Shown here piece by piece: positions 48,799 to 57,951 of a stretch of 64,000 nt of DNA. This DNA comes from a virus (lineage: Duplodnaviria > Caudoviricetes), in the IMG/VR virus record IMGVR_UViG_642918906_000001, positions 64,001-128,000 of that record. One strand, written 5' to 3'. The notes under the pieces are model-generated. The model was not told the origin of the DNA and did not search any database. It saw nothing but the letters and a program-made list of their open reading frames with translations. Every line of letters starts with the position of its first letter. Position 1 is the stretch's first letter. The position numbers and the translations under genes were made by a program.

Positions 48799-50177
48799 TG
48801 TCATTTGACTCTACACTACTTTACAAAGAAGCTGAAAGAGTTCGAGATGCAGGCGAAGGTTATCACAACGTACGGACTACTGTTAATATACTAGCCAATG
48901 GTAAATGGACTCAACCGAATCGGGTTGAACACATTCACTTAGTTAGAGATTACAGTACAGGTCCACTGGGCGATGTCCGTCAACTTGAAGTGTTGATGCT
49001 ATTAGGCGATTACACCTTCGACATCCTACCCTACCGTGATAACCTTACTATCGACATTACAGAGATTCCTTTGATGGAAGGTAACTCTGCTCGAAACTGG
49101 GAACGCTTCGCTGGCACTAAACGGTATAAAGCCATCCTCGATCTTGAGGGTGGCGATAATACAGTACTTACAAACAAACAGTCGGCTATGACTAACAAAG
49201 CTCAGATGAACCAAGTGGGTATGAAGTCTGTGGTCTTTACCCTAGTCGACGAGATCTGTTACAAACTGATGATGGTGACCACCGGCTTAACGTTCAGGCA
49301 GATGACTTCATTGGACATGATCCAGTACGTGCACAAATTATACTTTGACCAATTGTTCGAAGGGTCATCTGAGCGCATCGAAGGCATTAACGTTTGGCGT
49401 GATCAGGCTAATCCCGCGGTCATACACCAACTAGCCTTACCGGATGGTATCCCACTCAAAGATGTCTGTAGGTTTATTCAGAACGATGAGTGTGGTGTTT
49501 ACCCAACAGGGCTAGGTCGGTATATTCAAAACAAGCAGTTCTATGTGTATCCTTTATTTGATACGACTCGGTATTCAAAGAACTCAAAGGTACTCAATAT
49601 TATCAACATGCCTAACGACCGATTCAAAGGTTCAGAGAAAACATTCTTGGACAATGATCGGTCATTAACGATTATCGTGACGGGTACTTCCATAGCCAAC
49701 GATAAATCTACTGGCACTAAGATCCAAGATGGTAACGGGTTTCGTTTTGGCGATTTAAATAAATTGCTGAACACAGGTACAATCAAAGATAACCGAATGT
49801 TGATCGATCGGGCAACGAACTTGTTTGAAGTAACATCTGAAACACTCGCTGATGGTTTGAATAACATGCGCTGGTCTGCGGATAGGTTTACAGCTAACCC
49901 GTTTAAACAGTACACCACAATGGCTCAACAACAAGGCCAACCTGTGACTGTACAGTGGACGCGCGGTAATGCCGATCTGCTGGAGCCGGGAATGCCTGTT
50001 AAATTCCAGACCATCGATGGTGCCACCGTTAATACTTACTACGGTACGCTATTAGGTGTAAACGATAACCGAGCACCTGTTGACTCAGGTAACATCAATA
50101 CCCGATTTGACGGTATCACCACCTTAAGCCTGTTCTTAGTAAGGCAGACTGAAACTGCTGAAGCTAACGCAGTATAA
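48798..50177 (+). CDS. Virion protein, baseplate-hub-like (gp101-like)
   Basis: 459 aa, beta-rich, C-terminal LEPGMPV; synteny. Confidence 0.5.
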   Translation: MSFDSTLLYKEAERVRDAGEGYHNVRTTVNILANGKWTQPNRVEHIHLVRDYSTGPLGDVRQLEVLMLLGDYTFDILPYRDNLTIDITEIPLMEGNSARNWERFAGTKRYKAILDLEGGDNTVLTNKQSAMTNKAQMNQVGMKSVVFTLVDEICYKLMMVTTGLTFRQMTSLDMIQYVHKLYFDQLFEGSSERIEGINVWRDQANPAVIHQLALPDGIPLKDVCRFIQNDECGVYPTGLGRYIQNKQFYVYPLFDTTRYSKNSKVLNIINMPNDRFKGSEKTFLDNDRSLTIIVTGTSIANDKSTGTKIQDGNGFRFGDLNKLLNTGTIKDNRMLIDRATNLFEVTSETLADGLNNMRWSADRFTANPFKQYTTMAQQQGQPVTVQWTRGNADLLEPGMPVKFQTIDGATVNTYYGTLLGVNDNRAPVDSGNINTRFDGITTLSLFLVRQTETAEANAV

Positions 50178-50190
50178 CCGGAGGACTACG

Positions 50191-50562
50191 ATGAACGTCT
50201 ATTTCCATATTGACCCGTCGTGGTCCTACCAATTCTTAACTAGACATAAAAAAATTATAGCTAACTATGATTTCTTTACCTTTAGTGATCGTTTCTTAAC
50301 AGTTGGTATTAATGTGCTAATGGCACATGCTAACTTTCAACTGACTAATAACGCTTCACAATTCTCAACAGCAATGGATCAGGTAACCCGTCTATGTGAC
50401 GACTACCCTATGTTAGGTCAATATATACCTGCGGCATTTGAACAGCTAAGACGCATTCATCATGACGCGTTAAACGCTATACAAAGACCCATTCTCAATT
50501 ACCAACCGGTTATTGATGATATGTATATACTGACTGGTATCGTATTCACATTAGTTATTTAA
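50191..50562 (+). CDS. Hypothetical protein
   Basis: 123 aa, SD GGAGG. Confidence 0.55.
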   Translation: MNVYFHIDPSWSYQFLTRHKKIIANYDFFTFSDRFLTVGINVLMAHANFQLTNNASQFSTAMDQVTRLCDDYPMLGQYIPAAFEQLRRIHHDALNAIQRPILNYQPVIDDMYILTGIVFTLVI

Positions 50563-50564
50563 AG

Positions 50565-50595
50565 CTATTTAAAGCCTATATTACTTTTGTGAATT
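50565..50595 (+). promoter_or_regulatory. Early promoter, TATATTAC
   Basis: TATATTAC at 50577-50584, then N4-GTGAAT. Confidence 0.75.
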
Positions 50596-50613
50596 AACTT
50601 AGAGGTAATCATT

Positions 50614-50790
50614 ATGTTTTTCGGTAGTTTCTATGATGAAGACAAATCTCAAGAATCCAATAAAAAGGAATCTGAGAAAGCACGCCATAACCGCGATGTA
50701 ATGTTGTGTGTTACGGCAGCTATAGGTCTTGTAACGGCCGTCGCCACGGCTAGTATGGCTTTGAAGAAGGTGGTGAAAGAGATCGTGTGA
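50614..50790 (+). CDS. Small 58 aa protein with C-terminal hydrophobic helix, not in the ORF track
   Basis: SD GAGGT; MFFGSFYDEDK...AAIGLVTAVATASMALKKVVKEIV. Confidence 0.6.
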   Translation: MFFGSFYDEDKSQESNKKESEKARHNRDVMLCVTAAIGLVTAVATASMALKKVVKEIV

Positions 50791-50838
50791 AGCTGTACAA
50801 TTAGATGAGGGGAAACCCGAATCTATTTGGAGGCCAAC

Positions 50839-51321
50839 ATGGTTGAATTCGTTATCGGTACAGACATCTTTAAACACGATGGTGATCTGTATCTAATCAC
50901 AGTAAATTGCATTGGAGTCATGGGTGCCGGCTTAGCTAAGTCGTTTAAAGAAATGCATCCTGATTTGTATGAACGCTATCGTCATGATTGTAAGATGAAA
51001 ATGATTACCATCGGTAATCCAGTAATCTATCAAGCGGACAATGGCAAACGCTACATGATGTTCCCCACTAAAGACCGATGGCAAGATCCATCACAAGCCA
51101 GTTACATATCCGCAGGTTTAACGTGGATGGTTGATTCGGTTGGTGAAGGTGAAGAAATCGATCCTAAGTGGAAGATCGTAATACCCCCGCTTGGCTGCGC
51201 TAATGGTGGACTCAACTTCAATGAGGTTAGAGAAACCATCAAGACGTTTGGCGAAGCTATGCCTAATCCGATCGTGGTGGTTTATCCGCCTTGGATGGAA
51301 AGCAGTGAAACATGGGATTAA
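50839..51321 (+). CDS. Macrodomain ADP-ribosylhydrolase (DarG/TARG1-like)
   Basis: TVNCIGVMGAGLAK, FPTKDRW and PPLGCANGGL motifs; SD GGAGG. Confidence 0.85.
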   Translation: MVEFVIGTDIFKHDGDLYLITVNCIGVMGAGLAKSFKEMHPDLYERYRHDCKMKMITIGNPVIYQADNGKRYMMFPTKDRWQDPSQASYISAGLTWMVDSVGEGEEIDPKWKIVIPPLGCANGGLNFNEVRETIKTFGEAMPNPIVVVYPPWMESSETWD

Positions 51322-51329
51322 CTCGTACT

Positions 51330-51362
51330 GACCACTCCTAATTGGGGTGGTCTTTATGCCGT
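51330..51362 (+). terminator. Stem-loop
   Basis: GACCACTCC...GGGGTGGTC followed by TTTATGCC. Confidence 0.6.
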
Positions 51363-51366
51363 CAAT

Positions 51367-51405
51367 AATAGAACCCATTTAAAGGGTATATTACGATAGT
51401 GAATT
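51367..51405 (+). promoter_or_regulatory. Early promoter, TATATTAC
   Basis: TATATTAC at 51387-51394, then N4-GTGAAT. Confidence 0.75.
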
Positions 51406-51429
51406 AAAACAGTTAAAGGAGTTTGTAAC

Positions 51430-51606
51430 ATGGCCCATGCACGAGCAGTATTGATTCATTTTGAATGCGACGATGGTTCGGTAACCCACAGCACCATGTC
51501 CGGCTCGCAATTGAGTTCGGTGGTGGCTGATTCTGAAGACGAAGCTGAAGCCCTCATGGAAGAAAAGCTGAAAGAACTGGGTGCTCACTCGTTCGAATTC
51601 GTCTAA
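51430..51606 (+). CDS. Small acidic 58 aa protein, not in the ORF track
   Basis: SD AAGGAG; first ORF after the early promoter. Confidence 0.65.
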   Translation: MAHARAVLIHFECDDGSVTHSTMSGSQLSSVVADSEDEAEALMEEKLKELGAHSFEFV

Positions 51607-51632
51607 GCCTTTTAACTCAATGAGAGGGCTGA

Positions 51633-51968
51633 ATGAAAGAAGACTTATTAGATTCGGCTATTATCGTAAGTACCTTGGTCTTAGGTGGACTAGGATACTT
51701 GTTCATTATAGCTACGCCCGGTATCGGTGAATGTAAAGTCGTCCGATTGACCGAGCAGGTTATGGAACGAGTTCAGGCTTTGGTGTTTAAGCTGAATCAA
51801 CAAGCCATCTTCAGGGACATGTCCCTTGAAGAGAAATGGCAAAACCTCAAGCCCGAGTATGACGCCTTATTGGAAGGTTTCACCTATGGCTTGAAACCAA
51901 AGGATTTGCGTTCAGTTGAATGCAGATGCCGTAACGCTACAAACAAACTACTCACTCAAAAAAGGTAA
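51633..51968 (+). CDS. N-terminal TM-anchored protein
   Basis: Hydrophobic residues 9-28. Confidence 0.6.
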   Translation: MKEDLLDSAIIVSTLVLGGLGYLFIIATPGIGECKVVRLTEQVMERVQALVFKLNQQAIFRDMSLEEKWQNLKPEYDALLEGFTYGLKPKDLRSVECRCRNATNKLLTQKR

Positions 51969-51973
51969 TCGCT

Positions 51974-52123
51974 ATGAAATATGGTATCGCTGCTGTTGTT
52001 GGTCTGGCTGCCCTTGCAGGTGTTGGCGCATGGCTGTACAATCGTGAAGACGAAGTAGCGAAAGCTGCTGAACCCGAAGTTGCCGGTGCTGAGCCGGTTG
52101 TCGAAAACGAAGAAGCAATCTGA
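51974..52123 (+). CDS. 49 aa TM-anchored protein with acidic tail, not in the ORF track
   Basis: SD AAGGT; MKYGIAAVVGLAALAGVGAWLY... Confidence 0.65.
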   Translation: MKYGIAAVVGLAALAGVGAWLYNREDEVAKAAEPEVAGAEPVVENEEAI

Positions 52124-52137
52124 ATAAGGGGTTAGAG

Positions 52138-52410
52138 ATGTTTGGTTCTCTTTTGAAATACACGTGCGTCGCTGCATGTGGTGCACTGGTGTTTTCGACC
52201 ATGGGTCACTTCATGGATTCGGACGTAATCGAATCTGCCAAAGCGACCTGTGAAGAAAACGTCAAAGCTCTCAGTGGCGAAGCGGAAGGTGATGAACTGG
52301 CGTTGCTCATGAAAGCATTCGTGGCAACTCACTACAAAAACTGGGTTAGTCAACTGACCTTCGCTGGCAGCGTAAAAGATCTGGATGCCGTTCTGGCACC
52401 CTGGGCATAA
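52138..52410 (+). CDS. Signal/TM-anchored small protein
   Basis: Hydrophobic N-terminus. Confidence 0.6.
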   Translation: MFGSLLKYTCVAACGALVFSTMGHFMDSDVIESAKATCEENVKALSGEAEGDELALLMKAFVATHYKNWVSQLTFAGSVKDLDAVLAPWA

Positions 52411-52437
52411 CTTTAACTGGTATAGGAGATATCACGC

Positions 52438-52707
52438 ATGGCTTATGTAAATCGTCGTCAAATGCATATGGAGCAGTACTTTTCGGATCGTGAGAAACTT
52501 GATGCCCCGTATTGGGCAATCGACGATAACCTCGATTCGATCGTATGCAACGTACGTGATCCATTTGCAACGTACGTTGATCCAAGCAATTATGACGACG
52601 ATGCGCTCGCCTATCGTGAGTGCATGGATGGCGTTGTAGCCGGTGTATCTGAAGCGTTGGGGTTGCCACAAGGGCTTTCCTTCGAAGAAGTCTTTGAGCG
52701 TCTCTAA
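52438..52707 (+). CDS. Acidic hypothetical protein
   Basis: SD AGGAG. Confidence 0.6.
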   Translation: MAYVNRRQMHMEQYFSDREKLDAPYWAIDDNLDSIVCNVRDPFATYVDPSNYDDDALAYRECMDGVVAGVSEALGLPQGLSFEEVFERL

Positions 52708-52715
52708 CGTAACCA

Positions 52716-52736
52716 TAGGGGCTTCGGCCCCTATTC
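52716..52736 (+). terminator. Stem-loop
   Basis: ATAGGGGC-TTCG-GCCCCTAT. Confidence 0.65.
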
Positions 52737-52761
52737 TCAATCTTATCCAAAGGGTTTAATC

Positions 52762-52917
52762 ATGAAATTCGCATATCTGTTGGCTGGTATTGTACTGGGT
52801 GGTCTGTTCTTCAATGCCAAGTTCATTGAAGCTGCTCCGAAGGACACCTCGGTCGAAGTCGTCTACGGTACCCGTGTCGGACCTGACGGTAATCTGCAAC
52901 TGGTCACTCGTCGTTAA
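52762..52917 (+). CDS. 51 aa signal/TM peptide protein, not in the ORF track
   Basis: MKFAYLLAGIVLGGLFF...; SD AAGGG. Confidence 0.6.
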   Translation: MKFAYLLAGIVLGGLFFNAKFIEAAPKDTSVEVVYGTRVGPDGNLQLVTRR

Positions 52918-52929
52918 CTGGGGGGTTAT

Positions 52930-53370
52930 ATGAAAGACAACATTATCATCAGTGCTCTGCTGCATCGTATCAAAGCGTTGCAGGAACAGGCAAAGCCATC
53001 GGCTGAGCAACTTCGGGTATTGATGCAGTACGCTGAATGTAACCACCCTGAACTCGCTCGGCTGGTTCGCGAAGATCCAGTTTGGGAGCGCTTTCAACAG
53101 CGTTACAATGATCCAGGGGTTCCACACATCAATGGACTGGCCCACGTAAGCCAACAGCTGTTTGAACTGGGTTTCTGTAAATACCTGTTCACGTTGGGTT
53201 ATACTGAAGTCATTCATGACTGTGCTTACATCAAAGTAAGGCAACATAATGACGACATGGTCGGCGTGGCCTGTCATCTGAGTGGCAATGACAAAATGTG
53301 GGGTAGCGAACTACTTTGTCAAACTAAGGACGTTTGGAAAACGATCGATCATTTGATCGGAAACTATTAA
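52930..53370 (+). CDS. Hypothetical protein
   Basis: 146 aa in the early array. Confidence 0.6.
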   Translation: MKDNIIISALLHRIKALQEQAKPSAEQLRVLMQYAECNHPELARLVREDPVWERFQQRYNDPGVPHINGLAHVSQQLFELGFCKYLFTLGYTEVIHDCAYIKVRQHNDDMVGVACHLSGNDKMWGSELLCQTKDVWKTIDHLIGNY

Positions 53371-53391
53371 ACCTAAATTGAAGGAATCGAA

Positions 53392-54345
53392 ATGACTGGT
53401 CGTATTGAGCAACAACTGAAAGACATCCACGGTAACATTGTGGCCAACGTTAAAAACTGGATGGTTGCCAACCAATCAGTTCTTAAAGCTTACAGCGTTA
53501 CCCTCCATCAATATGGGGTGGACCATATCGCATTTGAAAATGAGTTGATTAGTCAAGCAATCGCGGTGGTAAATCGTAGCTCCACCGACGATGCTGGCGG
53601 TAATTTGCGGAGCTTCCTGAGCGGACACCTTACCTCCGATTTGGTGCCCGCACCGAACGGCATTGGCGCACTTGTGATCGAAGTCGCTAGTTCGGTGTAT
53701 AATAAACGTATCAAAGGCGTGATTGTAGAACCAAGTGACCTGACTATCGAGAAGCGCGTCCGTCATCAGGTTAAAGGTATTCTCGAGGACTCAGCAATTC
53801 CTCATGCCGACCAAGTTTTGAATCATGTGGTTAAAACCATTTGCGATTCTGGCGTAACCACTCCACGCGGGGTCGGGTTGGCGGTTCGGGCGTTCTTCAC
53901 CGCTGATCCGAAAGCAAACGTTTACCATATTGAAGCAGTGCTTTGGGAACTGGTCAGCGATGGTCTTCAACTTGAGTATAATGGTCTCACTGATCCTGAT
54001 ACCATCGCCCAGCAATTGGCTAACTTGAAACAGTTCCAGTATAGCGAAGGTGTAAATATCGTCAATATTCGTCCACTAGTAATTAAAGCGACTATGGACC
54101 CTAAACCTAAAGTCGACACCAAACCGAAGGTAGCCATGCTCGAACTCAACGAGCATTTCTATCGCACTGTGTGTAATGATGACGAGTTGGTTATCAGTCG
54201 CGAATACGGTATTCATCCAGTATCGGAAATGCCGATGCAAGGCGCCTGGGTTCTCCGTAACTACCACACCGGGGAGTTCATCGATTCGGATCGTTACTGG
54301 AATGATCTGACCGAACGTCATAACCTCGAGGTTGCAGTAAAATGA
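53392..54345 (+). CDS. Hypothetical protein
   Basis: 317 aa, SD AAGGA. Confidence 0.65.
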   Translation: MTGRIEQQLKDIHGNIVANVKNWMVANQSVLKAYSVTLHQYGVDHIAFENELISQAIAVVNRSSTDDAGGNLRSFLSGHLTSDLVPAPNGIGALVIEVASSVYNKRIKGVIVEPSDLTIEKRVRHQVKGILEDSAIPHADQVLNHVVKTICDSGVTTPRGVGLAVRAFFTADPKANVYHIEAVLWELVSDGLQLEYNGLTDPDTIAQQLANLKQFQYSEGVNIVNIRPLVIKATMDPKPKVDTKPKVAMLELNEHFYRTVCNDDELVISREYGIHPVSEMPMQGAWVLRNYHTGEFIDSDRYWNDLTERHNLEVAVK

Positions 54346-54551
54346 GTAACGTTGAAATTCTCAATATCCCCGTAACGGGATACGTCGAAGAGAGTGTGGT
54401 TCGTAAACTCTTCCATCCAGGTGATGCCGGCCAGAAAGCTTTTGAAAAAGCTTTTCGTGGTTGCACTATGATGGTTGCTGATAACGGTAAAGTATTTATG
54501 CCCGTAAGTGATCTTCAAGACCATCTGACCTATCGTCGTCAAACCGATTAA
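54342..54551 (+). CDS. Hypothetical protein
   Basis: 69 aa, overlap-coupled. Confidence 0.55.
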   Translation: MSNVEILNIPVTGYVEESVVRKLFHPGDAGQKAFEKAFRGCTMMVADNGKVFMPVSDLQDHLTYRRQTD

Positions 54552-54567
54552 CCTAAGGAGCATTACC

Positions 54568-54987
54568 ATGCAAGAAGTAGCTAATTTCAAAAAGATCACC
54601 TCCGACATTCTGTCGAACATCGAAGCACTGAAAGAGAACCTCCAGGCCATCGCTACCTCGGATAACTTCCAAGGTATACTGGACGAGCTGAATGAACTCG
54701 ACGAACGTCGGGTTACGCTGCTGGAACCGATGCTGTTGCGGGTACGTCTGCAAGAAGCATTGGATCTATGCAATGACATCAGCTTGATCGATCACTGCAA
54801 TCGCCATGACCCTGAGCGTAAGAAGGTTACGGCTTATGGCGAAAGCTGGTTGACTGCTAACCAAGCTGAAGGTCGTGTAACGATCCCAGGCATCAAGCGC
54901 ATCCGTGAATGCCTGAACCCAGCGCTGGTCAGCATTCAGGACGGCAAGCGTATTGCTGAACTGATTCAAGAAGGCAAGATCAAGTAA
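54568..54987 (+). CDS. Coiled-coil protein with C-terminal segment resembling ribosomal L7/L12 CTD
   Basis: SD AAGGAG; IPGIKRIRE...SIQDGKRIAE. Confidence 0.55.
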   Translation: MQEVANFKKITSDILSNIEALKENLQAIATSDNFQGILDELNELDERRVTLLEPMLLRVRLQEALDLCNDISLIDHCNRHDPERKKVTAYGESWLTANQAEGRVTIPGIKRIRECLNPALVSIQDGKRIAELIQEGKIK

Positions 54988-55006
54988 TTCCATCTGGAGC
55001 AAAAAC

Positions 55007-55360
55007 ATGATTGCAATTAACGCACATCTGGTAGCTGGTATCGCCTATGGTCTCAGCCTTAAGCATGACCACGCCTATGGTAGTCATTGGTTCTTCGGCA
55101 AGGAATACTACGCCGTCGAAACTAGTTGGGGCGATGGCTTGCTGCTCGACTTCATCCAACTCAAAGCTGAGGAGCTTTATCCTGAGCTGGCGAAGACTGC
55201 ATCGTTCCCTGATACCTTCTGGGCACTTTACAAAGTCCGTCTAAGCATCTTTACATACGCCGAAGACGTCAAGACCTACTTCATTCACAAACGTCGTTTC
55301 AAGCGTCACTTGAAGAAGGCTCTGATCCATAGCCGCGCCGGAAAAGGTATTAGCAGTTGA
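55007..55360 (+). CDS. Hypothetical protein
   Basis: SD GGAG. Confidence 0.55.
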   Translation: MIAINAHLVAGIAYGLSLKHDHAYGSHWFFGKEYYAVETSWGDGLLLDFIQLKAEELYPELAKTASFPDTFWALYKVRLSIFTYAEDVKTYFIHKRRFKRHLKKALIHSRAGKGISS

Positions 55361-55668
55361 GGCTGGCGGGTAAGATCTTTTTACCCGTTAGTTGTGTAGC
55401 CATAACCGCCATCGTGATATTCATGTTCGAGGCACGACGTCATCGGGAAGCTTATTCCGATATAAGAAAAGCAGCCGATGGTCTTGAACAACGTTACACT
55501 GAATGGCTAGACAAAACGGGTAGTCCAGTAGAAGCTTTAAGATTGGTTACTTTCTATTACGATGGCTTGATGACTCGATACGGTCCGTACCGTCATAGTA
55601 GCTTAGAAGCCGCTGAAGCTTTGGCCTATTTGGAACTCACCTTTGAATTATTAAAACGTCACCTTTGA
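55357..55668 (+). CDS. N-terminal TM-anchored protein
   Basis: TTGA overlap; hydrophobic residues 7-24. Confidence 0.55.
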   Translation: MRLAGKIFLPVSCVAITAIVIFMFEARRHREAYSDIRKAADGLEQRYTEWLDKTGSPVEALRLVTFYYDGLMTRYGPYRHSSLEAAEALAYLELTFELLKRHL

Positions 55669-55685
55669 TGACCTGGGGAAACACT

Positions 55686-56012
55686 ATGAAACATTCAGCC
55701 ATTGCATCGTGTGTTATTGGTACCGCCTTGACAGTCGGTGCAATTGTTGGTTTGAGTGTGTGGAGCAACCGTACTAAATGGGACTCCGAAATCGCTGAGG
55801 CTACTATCGCAGAACTGAACGACGACTACAACCTCGCCATTGCAGCCCATCCGGCTGATCGCAACCGTGCTCTGTTCGCATTGGACGTAGCGGTCCGTAA
55901 ACGTCGTGGTAACTTCGAAGCGACCTACGGCGCGTTCGATGAATACGTCGACTGGGCGATTCGTTATGAAGCTCAAGTTGAAAACCTTCGCAAGGTCATT
56001 CGCAAAGGTTAA
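55686..56012 (+). CDS. N-terminal TM-anchored protein
   Basis: Hydrophobic N-terminus; ATG 55686. Confidence 0.6.
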   Translation: MKHSAIASCVIGTALTVGAIVGLSVWSNRTKWDSEIAEATIAELNDDYNLAIAAHPADRNRALFALDVAVRKRRGNFEATYGAFDEYVDWAIRYEAQVENLRKVIRKG

Positions 56013-56056
56013 CGGCATAAAGCCCCTCCTTGCCGGGAGGGGCTTTATTATTTTGT
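56013..56056 (+). terminator. Intrinsic terminator
   Basis: AAAGCCCCTCC-TTGCCG-GGAGGGGCTTT followed by ATTATTTT. Confidence 0.8.
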
Positions 56057-56131
56057 CTCTAACGAGACGGTATTAGATTCGCTCACTGGGGGTACCAGCT
56101 ATGTAATTAATATCTTTCGGAGAACGTAATT

Positions 56132-56425
56132 ATGCGTATCCAATACACAAACCCCCATAAGGGTCAGCGCTATGTAAATCAACCCAATGTCACCGCATGT
56201 TATTTAATGCGAGAGACAGATCCTGACAATCAGTTATTCGTTAGTTTACCAGACGAACGAATAATTTTCGAGGCCATCAATTACGATGGCAAATCGTTAG
56301 GTTATTTGGGTAGGTATGGCCTCACCCCTCACAAAGGTGAAGCCACGGTACAACAGGGTCACCAGAACTTAGTCCTATATGACTGTGATAACGTCAAATG
56401 GATTAAGAAAGTAACCTTACACTGA
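56132..56425 (+). CDS. Hypothetical protein
   Basis: 97 aa, SD GGAG. Confidence 0.5.
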   Translation: MRIQYTNPHKGQRYVNQPNVTACYLMRETDPDNQLFVSLPDERIIFEAINYDGKSLGYLGRYGLTPHKGEATVQQGHQNLVLYDCDNVKWIKKVTLH

Positions 56426-56537
56426 TCGTAGTGTTAACTGTAGTGTGTTGGTCGAAACAACACACTACTCTACATAAGATTGTATCTGATGTATTTTATT
56501 TTCTTTATAGTTGTATTTTTATTTAAGGAGCAACAAC

Positions 56538-57065
56538 ATGACTAATGTAAATATGTCGACCATTGGCGGTATTTACGTACTGGCCTCGGAAGGTCTGTAT
56601 GGTACCGAATACTGGACTGGCGGTAATGACTGGTCCTGTGACATCAATAATGCAACCCAGCTCGGTACCGGTGGTGCCATGCACTGGATTGCCAAGCTCA
56701 CTGGTCGTGCTGTCAAAGTGAAGGCAGTCGAGATCGATGGTACTATTGACGTGATGCATTGGCCCGATATTGGTTGGGTTGTGGTTAACCATCGTGAATG
56801 GCCAGTAACCGTACACCGGTTGTACATGGTGGGCAACTATGGTGAAGGCTGGTTCTTCGAGAACGAGGGTACCGTTGAGCGTAAGCTCTGCCGTAATCTC
56901 GGTAACGGTACCTATCACGATATCACTGTCCGTGGTAAAGAGATCACTGGTTCGACCCTTCGCAGTGAAGGTGAGGCCTTTGAAAACTTCACTGCTTTCA
57001 ACATCCCCAACAAATCGAATCTGGTTTATCAGTTCGAGTTCGACCCTAAGCCAGTGGAGTTTTAA
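56538..57065 (+). CDS. Hypothetical protein
   Basis: SD AAGGAG before ATG 56538. Confidence 0.6.
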   Translation: MTNVNMSTIGGIYVLASEGLYGTEYWTGGNDWSCDINNATQLGTGGAMHWIAKLTGRAVKVKAVEIDGTIDVMHWPDIGWVVVNHREWPVTVHRLYMVGNYGEGWFFENEGTVERKLCRNLGNGTYHDITVRGKEITGSTLRSEGEAFENFTAFNIPNKSNLVYQFEFDPKPVEF

Positions 57066-57066
57066 T

Positions 57067-57423
57067 ATGACCGAATACTATCCTACCCTAAAGGAGGTAC
57101 TCGAGTTATTGGGGGAGGATTGTATTCTTGTTGGGTCCGCTACATGGAAACCTGAAGCTGAATGCAAAGACTTTGATTTCGTTATTAACGATATCGGTGT
57201 TACTCGACTACTCGAGCACTACGGATACTATATTTATCAGGAAGCTGACACTTGGTGGCAATATATACCAATTGACAGCGCTGGCAAATGTGTTGATTTT
57301 TTCCTCGGGTTATGTAATATCGTTGACAAATCAAAGTTCCACCTTCGCCTGACTTATGAACAAGCTTCCGAATTACCATTGACAATTAAAGTCATTGGTG
57401 GCGTGGAAGTACTATCCATTTAA
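57067..57423 (+). CDS. Minimal Pol-beta-superfamily nucleotidyltransferase-like protein
   Basis: ILVGS-x9-DFDF and downstream CVDF; ATG 57067 with SD GGAG. Confidence 0.6.
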   Translation: MTEYYPTLKEVLELLGEDCILVGSATWKPEAECKDFDFVINDIGVTRLLEHYGYYIYQEADTWWQYIPIDSAGKCVDFFLGLCNIVDKSKFHLRLTYEQASELPLTIKVIGGVEVLSI

Positions 57424-57436
57424 GAGGAGCTTTAAT

Positions 57437-57949
57437 ATGGACATGCAAAAACTGTTTGAAATGATCAGCCGTGTTGCAGATACCTCCAATGCATTACTGA
57501 TCCCAGATCGCAGTGTCATCGTCAGTTGGATCAAAGCCACTGAAGAGCCTGAAATGTTCTTCGGTATCCCTCAACTCTGGGATATCATCGATACCTTGCG
57601 TGAGAGTACTTACTCCACGGTGAGTGAAAAACGTTCGATGACCAAAGAAGCCCTGCGCCTGATCGTTCAAGAACTCATTGAACGTCGTGGTCTGGATCTG
57701 ATGTACCGATTCCCTAATGTGGGCGCTTCTCTGCATGTAGGGGTTGTAGTACGTGATACCCACACTGGTAGCGAGGCCATCTACGGTATCCGTGATGTCA
57801 ATCCTGACGGTGAACCAACTTGGGAATACCTCCCAATTGACCACTCACGTTTCTTCGACGTCATCCAATGGCGAATGAATCATGCGTGCCGCCAAAGTAT
57901 TTACGGCTGGCATGATCCGATCCACATCAACAAACCACTGGAGTTTTAA
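57437..57949 (+). CDS. Hypothetical protein
   Basis: SD GAGGAG before ATG 57437. Confidence 0.6.
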   Translation: MDMQKLFEMISRVADTSNALLIPDRSVIVSWIKATEEPEMFFGIPQLWDIIDTLRESTYSTVSEKRSMTKEALRLIVQELIERRGLDLMYRFPNVGASLHVGVVVRDTHTGSEAIYGIRDVNPDGEPTWEYLPIDHSRFFDVIQWRMNHACRQSIYGWHDPIHINKPLEF

Positions 57950-57951
57950 AT

